A DNA stretch of 64,000 bases from an uncultured Defluviitaleaceae bacterium (GCA_964583165.1 CAZOVK010000002.1:14015-78014), one strand, 5' to 3'. Positions 8,647 through 17,736 are shown, counted from the first letter of the stretch. Numbers and translations: made by a program. Notes: a model not told the origin generated them from the letters alone.

Positions 8647-8678
8647 AAAGCCATTGGGTATTTTCCCCAATGGCCTTT
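8647..8678. terminator. Intrinsic terminator of the 994-aa S-layer gene
   Basis: gccattggg/cccaatggc stem with flanking A/T runs. Confidence 0.7.
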
Positions 8679-8693
8679 GCCATAATATCCCTG

Positions 8694-11678
8694 CTATTTT
8701 GTTGCGTTCACATAATTCAAGAAAATCTGAGCTACTTCGGCTCTTGTGACTGTGCCTTTCGGGTTAAATAGATTGCCGCCGACGCCACTAATCAGCCCGT
8801 ATTTCTTCATATCCGAAACAGCGGTTTGCGCCCACGCGCTGAGACTTGAGTTGTCAGCGAATGGCTCATCGCTTGCGGCTTGGGGGAGCTGATTACCCTT
8901 GCTCTTAATGTAGTTATAAAACATCAGAGCCATTTGTTCGCGTGTAATTGTGTCGTTTGCGCCGAAATTGCCGTTGTTGTAACCCGTAAGTATGCCGTTT
9001 TTAGCCGCCCATGTTGCGGCTTGGCCGTACCACTCATCAATGTTTACATCATTAAACACTGATTCTGTATAGCCGCTAAGGTCAGCGTTATCAAGACGAG
9101 CCAAAACCGAAGCAAATGAAGCTCGCGTCATGGGAGTTTGGGGAGCAAATGTTGTTCCGCTAACTCCGCCAAATAACCCAGCTCTATAAACAGTCATTAC
9201 GGCGTTATAATACCAAGCCCCAACCTTTACATCACTAAACGGATTCTCTATTTCCGGCAACCGTTCTGTAGTCAGCACATACTTTGACGCATGGTCAAAG
9301 TCAAAACTGAACTTGCCGTTTTCAACCATGTAAGAACTGCGATACTCAAGCGCGTCTATTTTCTCGTTATAGAAATAGAGATACATGGTCATGCCGTTGT
9401 ATTTCGCGTCTATAGGATAGGTCAGCTTGCCCGTAAACGGCAGAGGTCCGCTATAAGTGATTTCTAGCTGGATAGCTTCTGTCCCCGCGGTCGTAACAAG
9501 GTTTGAGATGGGCGCTTGCTCAATCTCTGTCACTGTCAGGTTATAACCACCATTAGCAATGGTGCCACTGATACTCTGACCGTTAATTGTCCAGATATAT
9601 TTGCCATAATCCAGAACGGTATTGACATCTTTGCCTGTAGCCGCTTTAAGCACGTCTGCGGTTAGTTGATTTCCTACACTCATTGGTATGTTTACAGTGC
9701 CACCCGCGGGAGCCGCTATGATTTGTTGAGGAATGGTGTTCGTCTTTGTAGGCGATGTGATAACTACATTACCGCCGCTTCCGCCTGTGTTGCTGTTATT
9801 GTTGTTATTGTTATTGTTATTGTTGTCGTTGCTGGCCGTCCATTTAGCAAAGAGAGTTCTTGTGCTCGTTACGGTATCGGTTGAAAAATCCCACTGATTT
9901 GTGCAGGCGGCTTCTTTGAACCAACCACCAAACGTAAAATTGGTTTTTGTTGGGTCTGTGGGTTTGGTTATCTTTGAGCCCGAGGCGATATCGGTGATAG
10001 CGTCAACGGCACTGCCACCTTGACTGTCCAACGAAACAGAATAGAGTTCTTGGCTTGTGAGAGTCGCCGCATAGTCAGTTATATTGCCTGCATAGCTTTT
10101 TGTAGTTCCATCTGATGTTGTAATATTAGCCGTTGCCTTAACCGGGGTTGTGTCAGCTGCCCAAACATAGATAACGCCATCAGCAAAGCCGTTGACAATT
10201 GAGTCACCGGTGATAATATCATTGATACCATAAGCTGTTAAGGTTTCGGGTTTGTTTGAGGGTAAAATCGGGTTGCCGCTCGCATCGAGGATACTCAAAC
10301 TGTTCACAACCGCGCCCTTAATGTTATTACCGCTTGCATCTTTAACAGTGAGGGTATATTGTTTTGCTATGGTAGGCGTACCCGCATAATAATAGTCGAA
10401 AAATACATTGCCTGTGCCGGTAATACTTTTGATACTGCCGCCTAGAACACATATTTTGCTGCCAGTCACTGTGTTGTCTATTGTGTCAACCATACCGCCA
10501 TAAACAAAAATGGGAGAATAAGCACTATTGTTGGTTATTGTGCCTTTTACAGTACCGCTATAAATAATGAAACCCTTGTAACTAGCGGCCGCATGATTGA
10601 AATGACCGCTTGGGCCAACAACAATCGTACCGCCCCCATTTCTTCCGCTACTGATAGAATTTCCGTTAAGATAAATATACCCTAAATAGTCACTGGCGCC
10701 ATTATTAAGCGTTCCATTGACTATTAGCGTGCCTCCGCTGTTAGGCACTATATTACCGTTATCAGTTGTATTTCCGCTTATGAAGATACCTTGGTTTTCT
10801 GAGGTATTTGTATTTTCTACCAATCCACTTTCACCAATAGTGAGAGTGCTAAAGTTACCGACTTTGACTGCGCTTGAATTCCCAAGTGTACCATTTACAG
10901 TGAGCGTCGCAGAGTTGGTTGAATTCCCATGTAAATAAATATTACTGCCAGTCGTAGTCTTAACAATTAGAAGGCTGCCTGTCTCAACAGTAAGTGAGCC
11001 GCCCGCTACGACTTCAAGCGTACCCAAAACTGTAATATTGTTGGCGATGTTCAAGCCACTCGGTTTACCGGGAATAATCATTGCTTGGTCAATAGTCATA
11101 ACTGCGCCTGCACTGATTAATACTTGTGCGGCGTGTGTGTCACCTTCATTATTCATAATTGTAAATTCGTCAATCCTACCCGTTCCGACAGCAAAAGTGT
11201 TGTTTGTACGGGTACTGTCCTTCAATGTTATCGGGTTTTTGGTATTGTTAAAGATGATTTTAGAAGCCGAGTCACTAAAGCTGTCGTTATAAAGACTCAT
11301 GCCCTTGATGTCAATTTCTCCCCCAACAAGGTTGTTGGACGTAGTTGTAACAGTTACGGAACCGCCTTGACTGAAGTCAAATACAGGCGCACTACCTGAA
11401 CCTGTAAGTGTGCTGCCGTTTAAGTCAAGCCTAAAATCAAATGTCGGTGTAATACTGCCAGTTTCTGTAACATTGTATAACAACTTAATTGTGTCACCTT
11501 CGTCTACGACGGGGTCATCTGCGGATACCAACGCCGCGCTGACTGTTTCATAGTCTGAGCCAATACCGCCTACAGTTATAGTTTTGGGTGTGTTAGCCAT
11601 AACAGGCACAGTCACAAACGGCATTAAGCCCAATACCATTACTAAAGTGGTGAATAGGCTGAGAACTCGCTTTCTCAT
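8694..11678 (-). CDS. Secreted S-layer-anchored protein: signal peptide, beta-helix-like passenger, InlB B-repeat, poly-Asn linker, conserved pre-SLH domain, 3x SLH
   Basis: MRKRVLSLFTTLVMVLGLMP signal; PTKTNFTFGGWF...LFAKW B-repeat; FSDV..WYY, FAPQTPMTRA, ITREQMA and VTRAEVAQI SLH motifs. Confidence 0.9.
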   Translation of the reverse strand: MRKRVLSLFTTLVMVLGLMPFVTVPVMANTPKTITVGGIGSDYETVSAALVSADDPVVDEGDTIKLLYNVTETGSITPTFDFRLDLNGSTLTGSGSAPVFDFSQGGSVTVTTTSNNLVGGEIDIKGMSLYNDSFSDSASKIIFNNTKNPITLKDSTRTNNTFAVGTGRIDEFTIMNNEGDTHAAQVLISAGAVMTIDQAMIIPGKPSGLNIANNITVLGTLEVVAGGSLTVETGSLLIVKTTTGSNIYLHGNSTNSATLTVNGTLGNSSAVKVGNFSTLTIGESGLVENTNTSENQGIFISGNTTDNGNIVPNSGGTLIVNGTLNNGASDYLGYIYLNGNSISSGRNGGGTIVVGPSGHFNHAAASYKGFIIYSGTVKGTITNNSAYSPIFVYGGMVDTIDNTVTGSKICVLGGSIKSITGTGNVFFDYYYAGTPTIAKQYTLTVKDASGNNIKGAVVNSLSILDASGNPILPSNKPETLTAYGINDIITGDSIVNGFADGVIYVWAADTTPVKATANITTSDGTTKSYAGNITDYAATLTSQELYSVSLDSQGGSAVDAITDIASGSKITKPTDPTKTNFTFGGWFKEAACTNQWDFSTDTVTSTRTLFAKWTASNDNNNNNNNNNNSNTGGSGGNVVITSPTKTNTIPQQIIAAPAGGTVNIPMSVGNQLTADVLKAATGKDVNTVLDYGKYIWTINGQSISGTIANGGYNLTVTEIEQAPISNLVTTAGTEAIQLEITYSGPLPFTGKLTYPIDAKYNGMTMYLYFYNEKIDALEYRSSYMVENGKFSFDFDHASKYVLTTERLPEIENPFSDVKVGAWYYNAVMTVYRAGLFGGVSGTTFAPQTPMTRASFASVLARLDNADLSGYTESVFNDVNIDEWYGQAATWAAKNGILTGYNNGNFGANDTITREQMALMFYNYIKSKGNQLPQAASDEPFADNSSLSAWAQTAVSDMKKYGLISGVGGNLFNPKGTVTRAEVAQIFLNYVNATK
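9789..9830. repeat. (AAC/AAT)n triplet microsatellite encoding the poly-Asn linker
   Basis: gttattgttgttattgttattgttattgttgtcgtt encodes NDNNNNNNNNNSN. Confidence 0.7.
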
Positions 11679-11743
11679 GGTGTTAATTCCTCCTCCATTT
11701 TGTTTTTGTGTTGTAATTTATATGCAGCTGTTTCTCAAACTAT

Positions 11744-11777
11744 ATTATAAACCCCAACCTGTGACAAACCTGTGACA
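11744..11777 (-). promoter_or_regulatory. Activator-type promoter: tandem 11-bp boxes (TGTCACAGGTT x2), 6 bp, TATAAT
   Basis: Plus strand AACCTGTGACA at 11756-11766 and 11767-11777; ATTATA at 11744-11749. Confidence 0.75.
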
Positions 11778-11840
11778 AAACAGCCCTCAAATTGAGAATC
11801 TTAAAAATTTTTAAGAACTCAATAGCCGTTGTCACAGGTT
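11767..11840. repeat. 74-bp imperfect palindrome with 12-bp perfect outer arms and an 18-bp perfect core
   Basis: aacctgtgacaa (11767-11778) / ttgtcacaggtt (11829-11840); core tcttaaaaatttttaaga (11799-11816). Confidence 0.7.
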
Positions 11841-11893
11841 TTTATGCTTGTCGCTTATTAAACTACCTTACCGACATTTTGGCTGACATGGTT

Positions 11894-13861
11894 CTAATTC
11901 TGTTTGACCAAGCCAAAACTTATGCCGTCGCCTTGAAGTGATTTAGCGTTGATAGTGGCGACATATTCATCACCCGCCGAAAGGTTTTTCTCCTCTGTTG
12001 CGCTGGTTTCGCTGGCTTCTAAGAAGTTGCGTTCTGTGGCTGTGAAACTCAGAATACCATTTGCTGTTGCTGACATGGTTATCGTGTAGGTTTCATTCGG
12101 CGGTAAGTACAAAATGGTTTCGCCTTCATTCACACTACAAGCCGTAACCCCTAGGTATGTTTCATCCTCAATTACGATGTCGTTAAGGTGTGGCGTAATC
12201 TCTGCGCCGATAACCTCAATCACCTTTACGCCATTACTGTCAGTTACCATAACATTTGTCGGCGCCTTGATAATTATTACGCGATATGTGCCGTCGTTAA
12301 AGAATTCTTCTATGTTCGGTTCTTGCTCTTCGCCCGATTCAGCCGCAACAGGGTAGTTAGTTTCATCAAGCGACATAAGCCAAGCCAAACATACCGCTGT
12401 GAAATGTCCTTGAACTATACATGACGCGTTGAATATGAGCGTTAAAAGCGTGTTGACACCGAACGTGAAAATCACCTTAGATAGCATCTTGATTACCGCA
12501 AATACTATGCCCTTGACACAAGCTTCTGTGTAGGTTTCAAACGGAGGATATTTCTTAAAGGACTCAATCACTATTTTTGTAACTCGTTCAACAAACTTCT
12601 CTGGGTCGGGAGACTTCATCAACTCACGCGCAAGCTTCTCGAGGGTTTCCATTGTAAATAAATGCTTTACAGCATCGCTGTTGCGCTCGTCACATAGAAA
12701 ACTTACCAGGCTACGAATATGCGGCTGAAAATCGGCATGGTATTCAGGTAACGTAAACACCTCGGTCGCTATATTGCGGAACAAATCGTCTAAGAATATG
12801 CTCATAGGTCTGTTTTTACCTGACAAGTATTCCTCAAACTTGTCAATTACATAAAACTCCTTCGGATGCTCTATCTGCATGTATTTTTTCATGCACTGTC
12901 TCATCCTTTTAAGATATCTGTCATAAAACTTGGTGGTTACACGACTCGGCAACCCTTCATCTGTACCAAAGCGCGTGAATTCCCAATCTTTGGGGGCAAC
13001 CTTTGTAACGAAATCGTTAAAGTTGATTATGTTATGTATAACATTATAGCGAGGGTCTTTCGGGGAGATTGTTCTTGTTCTTTGAACACCGGCCGGCGTT
13101 TCAAATGTGTAGGCAAAGACATTAGAAGCAGTCTTTATAAGCGGCTTAATAAAGTTCTTTGAGTGTTCGTCGTTCAAGATGTCTACAATTTTTCCGGCGG
13201 CGAGGTTTGCTGTTGCAGCCCCACGTGAATAACCTACTATCCACAGCTTAATATCCTTGCCCGATAAAAGGCGGCTATTGGTGTTCAAGTATTTTGTAAG
13301 CTCGCCCACGACTATATCGCTGGATAAGTCAAAGCCATGGTGATAGTTATTGTTGTTTGGCGCCATCGTAAAGTTACCACCCCATTCGCGCTGATAACCG
13401 CCACCGCGAACACACACGGCCAAAACGAGTGATGTTTTATCGCCTGAAAACTGAATGGGCTTAAACGCGAACGAAACAGCCATCGAATCACACTGAGAAG
13501 GCTCATGGTAATAGTTACAAGATGTATATTGTAGAAAGTGAAGCGGTTTAAGCTCATCATACTTCACGTATTGAGGGTCAGAAGCTTGCCCCGTCAACAA
13601 ATATCTGACATTATCGTCTTGATACTTATAGTAATCACCCGTGCCCGGTTTTACACCAGCGGGGAAATAACTGAATGCTGACAGCGCGAGTACAAGACTC
13701 ATTGACGCAAGGTCATATTTGAAATCTGTGTTGCATGAGAAATATTCACTCTTAAAGATGTATGGAACGGAGTAATGACCGATACCAGCATCTTTGGCAA
13801 CGTGGTAAATGCCGTTAATTGTCATTTCTTCAGTAGTGATTTCATTCATGTTCTCTGACAT
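11894..13861 (-). CDS. Alpha/beta-hydrolase (lipase class-3-like); no signal peptide or SLH anchor
   Basis: WIVGYSRGAATANL nucleophile elbow, YTFETP, NIINFNDFVTKVAP. GGAGG RBS favours the ATG at 13861; the ORF track starts at 13876. Confidence 0.75.
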   Translation of the reverse strand: MSENMNEITTEEMTINGIYHVAKDAGIGHYSVPYIFKSEYFSCNTDFKYDLASMSLVLALSAFSYFPAGVKPGTGDYYKYQDDNVRYLLTGQASDPQYVKYDELKPLHFLQYTSCNYYHEPSQCDSMAVSFAFKPIQFSGDKTSLVLAVCVRGGGYQREWGGNFTMAPNNNNYHHGFDLSSDIVVGELTKYLNTNSRLLSGKDIKLWIVGYSRGAATANLAAGKIVDILNDEHSKNFIKPLIKTASNVFAYTFETPAGVQRTRTISPKDPRYNVIHNIINFNDFVTKVAPKDWEFTRFGTDEGLPSRVTTKFYDRYLKRMRQCMKKYMQIEHPKEFYVIDKFEEYLSGKNRPMSIFLDDLFRNIATEVFTLPEYHADFQPHIRSLVSFLCDERNSDAVKHLFTMETLEKLARELMKSPDPEKFVERVTKIVIESFKKYPPFETYTEACVKGIVFAVIKMLSKVIFTFGVNTLLTLIFNASCIVQGHFTAVCLAWLMSLDETNYPVAAESGEEQEPNIEEFFNDGTYRVIIIKAPTNVMVTDSNGVKVIEVIGAEITPHLNDIVIEDETYLGVTACSVNEGETILYLPPNETYTITMSATANGILSFTATERNFLEASETSATEEKNLSAGDEYVATINAKSLQGDGISFGLVKQN

Positions 13862-13909
13862 AATAAATACCTCCATAAGATTTTTGACGCTTCTATACGT
13901 CTAAGGCTG

Positions 13910-13943
13910 ATTATAAACTACAACCTGTGACAAACTCGCGACA
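13910..13943 (-). promoter_or_regulatory. Second activator-type promoter: TGTCGCGAGTT-TGTCACAGGTT, 6 bp, TATAAT
   Basis: Plus strand AACCTGTGACA 13922-13932, AACTCGCGACA 13933-13943, ATTATA 13910-13915; same spacing as 11744-11777. Confidence 0.75.
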
Positions 13944-13988
13944 AAAAGACAGATTGTCGAAATTTTTGTCTTATCCTATGTATGGTTT

Positions 13989-14801
13989 TCATTTTAAAGG
14001 ACGATTTGCCTCGATGATTCGGCGTTCAAGCGCGGCGAGTGTGAACTCTGCCCAACTATACTCGGGCATATATTCACATGTGTAGGCGTTGATGCCGCTA
14101 ATCTTCCACTCAAGAAAGTCATAATAATCACAGTCGAATTTTGACGTATCTACAGCCAAGGTGTTAAAACCTTTAACTACTATATAACTGGCGTTGACTT
14201 CTTTTAGTGTTGATATAAGTTCAGCGGTTATCTTGCGTAAGTAATTTTTACGCTTGCTCTCTTTATCGTCGTCATCCCAAAGCGCGGCTACTATTTGGGG
14301 CATAGTTAAGGTGACGCCACGTCTGTCTACAAGATACGCGAGCAACTCCTTTGATTTAGAGCGCTTGAAAATAACGGCCTTGCCGTCTACAAACACTTCA
14401 AACCCGCCAAACGTTCGAATCTTCACGCGAGAGCCACCGGTATCAATGGGGTTACGTAAATTCTCCATCGCCAAAAGAATCTCTTCCTTTGACGTTGGTT
14501 TCATCAAATAGCCGGTGACATATAACCTATGAGCGTCTACAGCATATTTTGAATATCCCGTAACAAAGATAATATTGGTTTTTGGCCGTATTTCCTTAAT
14601 CTGTTTGGCAAGCTCAAGACCGTTTGTTTCGGGCATTTCAATGTCTAAAAAAGCTATATCAATAGGGTTATCCCTGATATGATACAGCGCCTCGTCAGAA
14701 TCCATAAACCCTTTAATATTACACTGCGGGCAGGCTTCTCCTATTTGGCTTATCAGATTTAACAATACGAGCCGCTCGTCGTCAACTATGATGATATTCA
14801 T
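13989..14801 (-). CDS. Orphan response regulator: REC plus wHTH/SARP-BTAD-like output domain
   Basis: IIIVDDE, IAFLDIEMP, GYLMKP; output domain KIRTFGGFEVFVDG...SKSKELLAYLVDRRG...CDYYDF. Confidence 0.85.
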   Translation of the reverse strand: MNIIIVDDERLVLLNLISQIGEACPQCNIKGFMDSDEALYHIRDNPIDIAFLDIEMPETNGLELAKQIKEIRPKTNIIFVTGYSKYAVDAHRLYVTGYLMKPTSKEEILLAMENLRNPIDTGGSRVKIRTFGGFEVFVDGKAVIFKRSKSKELLAYLVDRRGVTLTMPQIVAALWDDDDKESKRKNYLRKITAELISTLKEVNASYIVVKGFNTLAVDTSKFDCDYYDFLEWKISGINAYTCEYMPEYSWAEFTLAALERRIIEANRPLK

Positions 14802-14917
14802 ACTTTACACCTACTAAATAGAATCCAAAACCAAACTGTTACATATTGAACGATTATAATCTACCTGTCAAATATATTCAATGATAAATTTTAGAGTAAA
14901 ACAAAAATGGACAAATA

Positions 14918-14953
14918 AAACCATCCCATTTGTCGACACAATTGAGATGGTTT
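14918..14953. terminator. Hairpin downstream of the ECF operon
   Basis: aaaccatc..ca.ttg / caattgagatggttt imperfect stem. Confidence 0.45.
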
Positions 14954-14980
14954 ACTGGTAGGCTGATTGTTAAAGCGACT

Positions 14981-15130
14981 TCAAAGCCTACAATACTTGC
15001 TCAATAGCTTCTTGCCGTCGGTTATGTTGTACGGCATCTTGTTTCAGATGGAGTAGCTAACGATTTTGCTTGCCACAATCGGGATGCTATTCCCTATTAC
15101 TTGATGATGTATACTGCTGACGGAAAAAAT
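14981..15130 (-). pseudogene. Possible C-terminal scrap of a C5 DNA methyltransferase
   Basis: ...SSIHHQVIGNSIPIVASKIVSYSI*NKMPY... resembles motif X (QxIGN/ExVPP); short, with an internal stop. Confidence 0.25.
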
Positions 15131-15454
15131 TCATTGTAGGTTAACAAAACGCCCTGCAACACCGATAAGTGTACCCAATACAACAGACATCATAATCATA
15201 GGAGGTAAAGATTTTTTATCCTCTTTAGAAACAATGATAATAACAGGTATAGAAAGCAGGAGTGTAATCACGCCACCCTTTAGCCACCACGCCATACCAA
15301 ACAAATCGGTGTTGAAGATGATAAAAGGCATAGTAAAATAAAAGGTAAAGGCAGATGAAATTGCATATTTGTCAAGCTTCATTTTAAGCATTGGTAAAAT
15401 GTCAACTACACCTGCGATAAGTCCAATCAGTGCCGTCAATAAAAATTCTCTCAT
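15131..15454 (-). CDS. Small multi-pass membrane protein
   Basis: Four hydrophobic segments; ATGA overlap with the upstream gene; GGAGGAG RBS. Confidence 0.7.
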   Translation of the reverse strand: MREFLLTALIGLIAGVVDILPMLKMKLDKYAISSAFTFYFTMPFIIFNTDLFGMAWWLKGGVITLLLSIPVIIIVSKEDKKSLPPMIMMSVVLGTLIGVAGRFVNLQ

Positions 15455-15813
15455 ACCGTTTTCTCCTCCATATACTTTGTGTTGCAAGCCTTGCATACGA
15501 CTTCATAATTGTAACTAACCAAGTTTTTATCAAGAACGGTGAAAAGCGGTGATTTGTCAAAAGGGCAACATAGCCGATTCTTAATAATTGTCAGATTATT
15601 TTCGCTAACACATACAGAACCGACATCATCAAAGTTTATGTAAATACTACCACACCCACCGCATTTGCACTGATAAGTTAATCTAAAGCTGTCGTAAGTA
15701 ATATAGCAAAGATAGCCAATGGTTTTGTTACAGCTTTCGCAGTAAACCCAGCCGCCGTATCCGCTTGCGAGTTTGGTGTTTTCTAATTCTTTGATTTTAG
15801 GTGTTCTTGACAT
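15451..15813 (-). CDS. Small Cys-rich putative zinc-binding protein
   Basis: CESC, CKCGGC, CCP and CKAC in 120 aa. Confidence 0.7.
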   Translation of the reverse strand: MSRTPKIKELENTKLASGYGGWVYCESCNKTIGYLCYITYDSFRLTYQCKCGGCGSIYINFDDVGSVCVSENNLTIIKNRLCCPFDKSPLFTVLDKNLVSYNYEVVCKACNTKYMEEKTV

Positions 15814-15824
15814 ATGCTACCCCT

Positions 15825-16664
15825 TCACGCTTCAGACTTGATAGTGTTCATGTATTTGGAAGTGAGTAGCTTTTCAAGAAAACCTCTGATAACTTTAGGA
15901 GAATGGTATTTAGGCAGGCTTTCAAAGACATGCGATAAATCCTCCATCTCTTCCATAGCCTGTGTAAATACAAATGTTACTGAGTTATCAAGCTTTTCCA
16001 AATCGCTGTATTCCAGCTTCTTAGGGTTTAATCGTTGACTCTTGATTGCATATCCCACGCGCTTTTTACAATCACAGCTTCCTTTGCCTGCCAAACCGCA
16101 ATAGTCACTTAAAAACTCTCCTACCTTTTTACGTATGCGTGAAAGGCGCTGACGATAGGTTTCGGGGGTAATGCCTAGTATCTCTCCACAGACATTACTA
16201 TTGGCTTTGAACATTACCCCTAATACATAGATACAACGGCTTTCAGGGTCAAGACATTGTAACATTACGTTTGTGCAGGACAGCTTTAGTTCCTCAGCCA
16301 AGATGTTTTCGTCAACACTCAGTGTTAAATCTTCGGTGTTAGGGATAAAGCCTGTGTTAATATCTTCTGCATAAATCTCAAAGCTAAGGGGTCGTTGGGC
16401 AAAAATTGACTTTTTGTAATTGATTAAGTAATTGATGGCAATACGATAAACCCAAGTTGAAAATGCACTCTCCTTGCGAAAGGTAGATAACTGAGTGATG
16501 ATTTTGATGATGATTTCTTGTGCCCCGTCCTCAGCGTCGTATGGGCTTCCAAGCATACGCAAGGAAAGGTTGTAAATCATATCTTCTACGCTGATGATAA
16601 GGTCTTGAAGTGCTTGCCTGTCACCGCCTACAGCTTTATCTACCCATTCGTTCTCATTATTCAT
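15825..16664 (-). CDS. ECF sigma factor with a Cys-containing C-terminal extension
   Basis: Region 2 DAEDGAQEIIIK...FSTWVYRIAIN; region 4 ILGITPETYRQRLSR; extension YCGLAGKGSCDCKKRV plus ~60 aa. Confidence 0.85.
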   Translation of the reverse strand: MNNENEWVDKAVGGDRQALQDLIISVEDMIYNLSLRMLGSPYDAEDGAQEIIIKIITQLSTFRKESAFSTWVYRIAINYLINYKKSIFAQRPLSFEIYAEDINTGFIPNTEDLTLSVDENILAEELKLSCTNVMLQCLDPESRCIYVLGVMFKANSNVCGEILGITPETYRQRLSRIRKKVGEFLSDYCGLAGKGSCDCKKRVGYAIKSQRLNPKKLEYSDLEKLDNSVTFVFTQAMEEMEDLSHVFESLPKYHSPKVIRGFLEKLLTSKYMNTIKSEA

Positions 16665-16694
16665 AGAATCTCCTCCTTTGTTTATACTTCACTA

Positions 16695-16726
16695 TATTAG
16701 ACAATCGGCTGTTATAGTTTGTGACA
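16695..16726 (-). promoter_or_regulatory. Putative ECF-type autoregulatory promoter
   Basis: Minus strand TGTCACAAA, 15 nt, GTCTAATA, ending ~30 nt upstream of the sigma start. Confidence 0.55.
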
Positions 16727-16772
16727 TAAATGATTTATTTTTATTAAACTTTGCTAACAGTATTAAAGTTTT

Positions 16773-16843
16773 TGTAACTTAGGTACATTGATTCGTAACT
16801 TAAACTCGATAGCATTGATTTCCGGCGAAAAAAGCAGTATTCT
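16773..16843 (+). promoter_or_regulatory. LytTR-type direct repeats plus sigma-A promoter
   Basis: GTAACTTA at 16774-16781 and 16795-16802 (21-bp period); TTGATT (16815-16820)-17-TATTCT (16838-16843). Confidence 0.7.
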
Positions 16844-16852
16844 ATTTTATGG

Positions 16853-17317
16853 GTGGTGATGCCGTTGAAACTGATTATGACAAAACAAGCTGAATTGACT
16901 GATATAGAAGTTGAAATCCGTTATGCTGAACTAAATGATGATATTCAAAATCTGGCTCACCATATTGAGCGGTTTGACAATTTCATCTGCGGCATGGATA
17001 ATGGCCGACAGTATCGAACCAGAATACGCGAAATCTATTATGCGGAAAGCGTGGATGGAAAAACATTCATATATACAAAGAATGCAGTATTTAGGTCAGA
17101 ACTGCGCTTGTACCAGCTCTTAGAGAAACTAAAAGGTTTTGATTTTATTCAGGTGAGTAAGGCCTGTATCGTTAATATGAACATGGTTGACAGCCTGCAA
17201 AACTTGGCAAACAGCAAGTTGCAGGCAACACTCGTTAACGGGGAAAAAATCAGTGTCTCAAGAACATTTCTATCCGAGATAAAGGATGCCTTTATGAGAA
17301 AAGGGGATGAATCATGA
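16853..17317 (+). CDS. Stand-alone LytTR DNA-binding regulator (no receiver domain)
   Basis: EIYYAESVDGKTFIYT, LYQLLEKL, FIQVSKACIVN, LVNGEKISVSRTF; true start may be 16859 or 16865. Confidence 0.9.
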   Translation: MVMPLKLIMTKQAELTDIEVEIRYAELNDDIQNLAHHIERFDNFICGMDNGRQYRTRIREIYYAESVDGKTFIYTKNAVFRSELRLYQLLEKLKGFDFIQVSKACIVNMNMVDSLQNLANSKLQATLVNGEKISVSRTFLSEIKDAFMRKGDES

Positions 17318-17736
17318 TAAAAGCATTTATTAAACAATGGATATTCATTTTTGGGCTTGTAGTAACATCAGCTTTTATCATTCCCTCCGTTTTTAATGGG
17401 AACTGGGACAATACATGGATTATTATTCAGCTCTTAATTACAACGCTCACTATATGCTTGCTTAATCTATTGGTGGAAAAACTCTCTATAGAGCTTCCAT
17501 TGTTAAGACATTTTGTAAATATGTGCATTGTCCTTTCTGTTGTGTTTGTTTATGGATGGTTTTGGAAATGGTATTCGCTATCAAGCTTTTGGATTATCTT
17601 AGTTATGGTCATCCCGGTTTACGTACTTGTAGTTTTACTTGACGCAGTGAAAGTTAGGCGCGATGTAGAACTGATAAATAAGCACATTCAATATAGGAAA
17701 CAGAGGCTTCAGGAGGAAAAACAGAATGATTGTTAA
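17314..17736 (+). CDS. DUF3021-like membrane protein (LRS membrane partner)
   Basis: Four TM segments, a C-terminal DVELINKHI helix, ATGA overlap with the lytTR gene. Confidence 0.7.
   Translation: MIKAFIKQWIFIFGLVVTSAFIIPSVFNGNWDNTWIIIQLLITTLTICLLNLLVEKLSIELPLLRHFVNMCIVLSVVFVYGWFWKWYSLSSFWIILVMVIPVYVLVVLLDAVKVRRDVELINKHIQYRKQRLQEEKQNDC

Noticed and set aside
16695-16726. TGTCACA shared by the ECF promoter and the 11-bp boxes, and GTCTAA shared with the BlaI operator
   Set aside because: The contexts differ (tandem plus TATAAT, dyad, or -35/-10 pair), so these are probably coincidental short matches.
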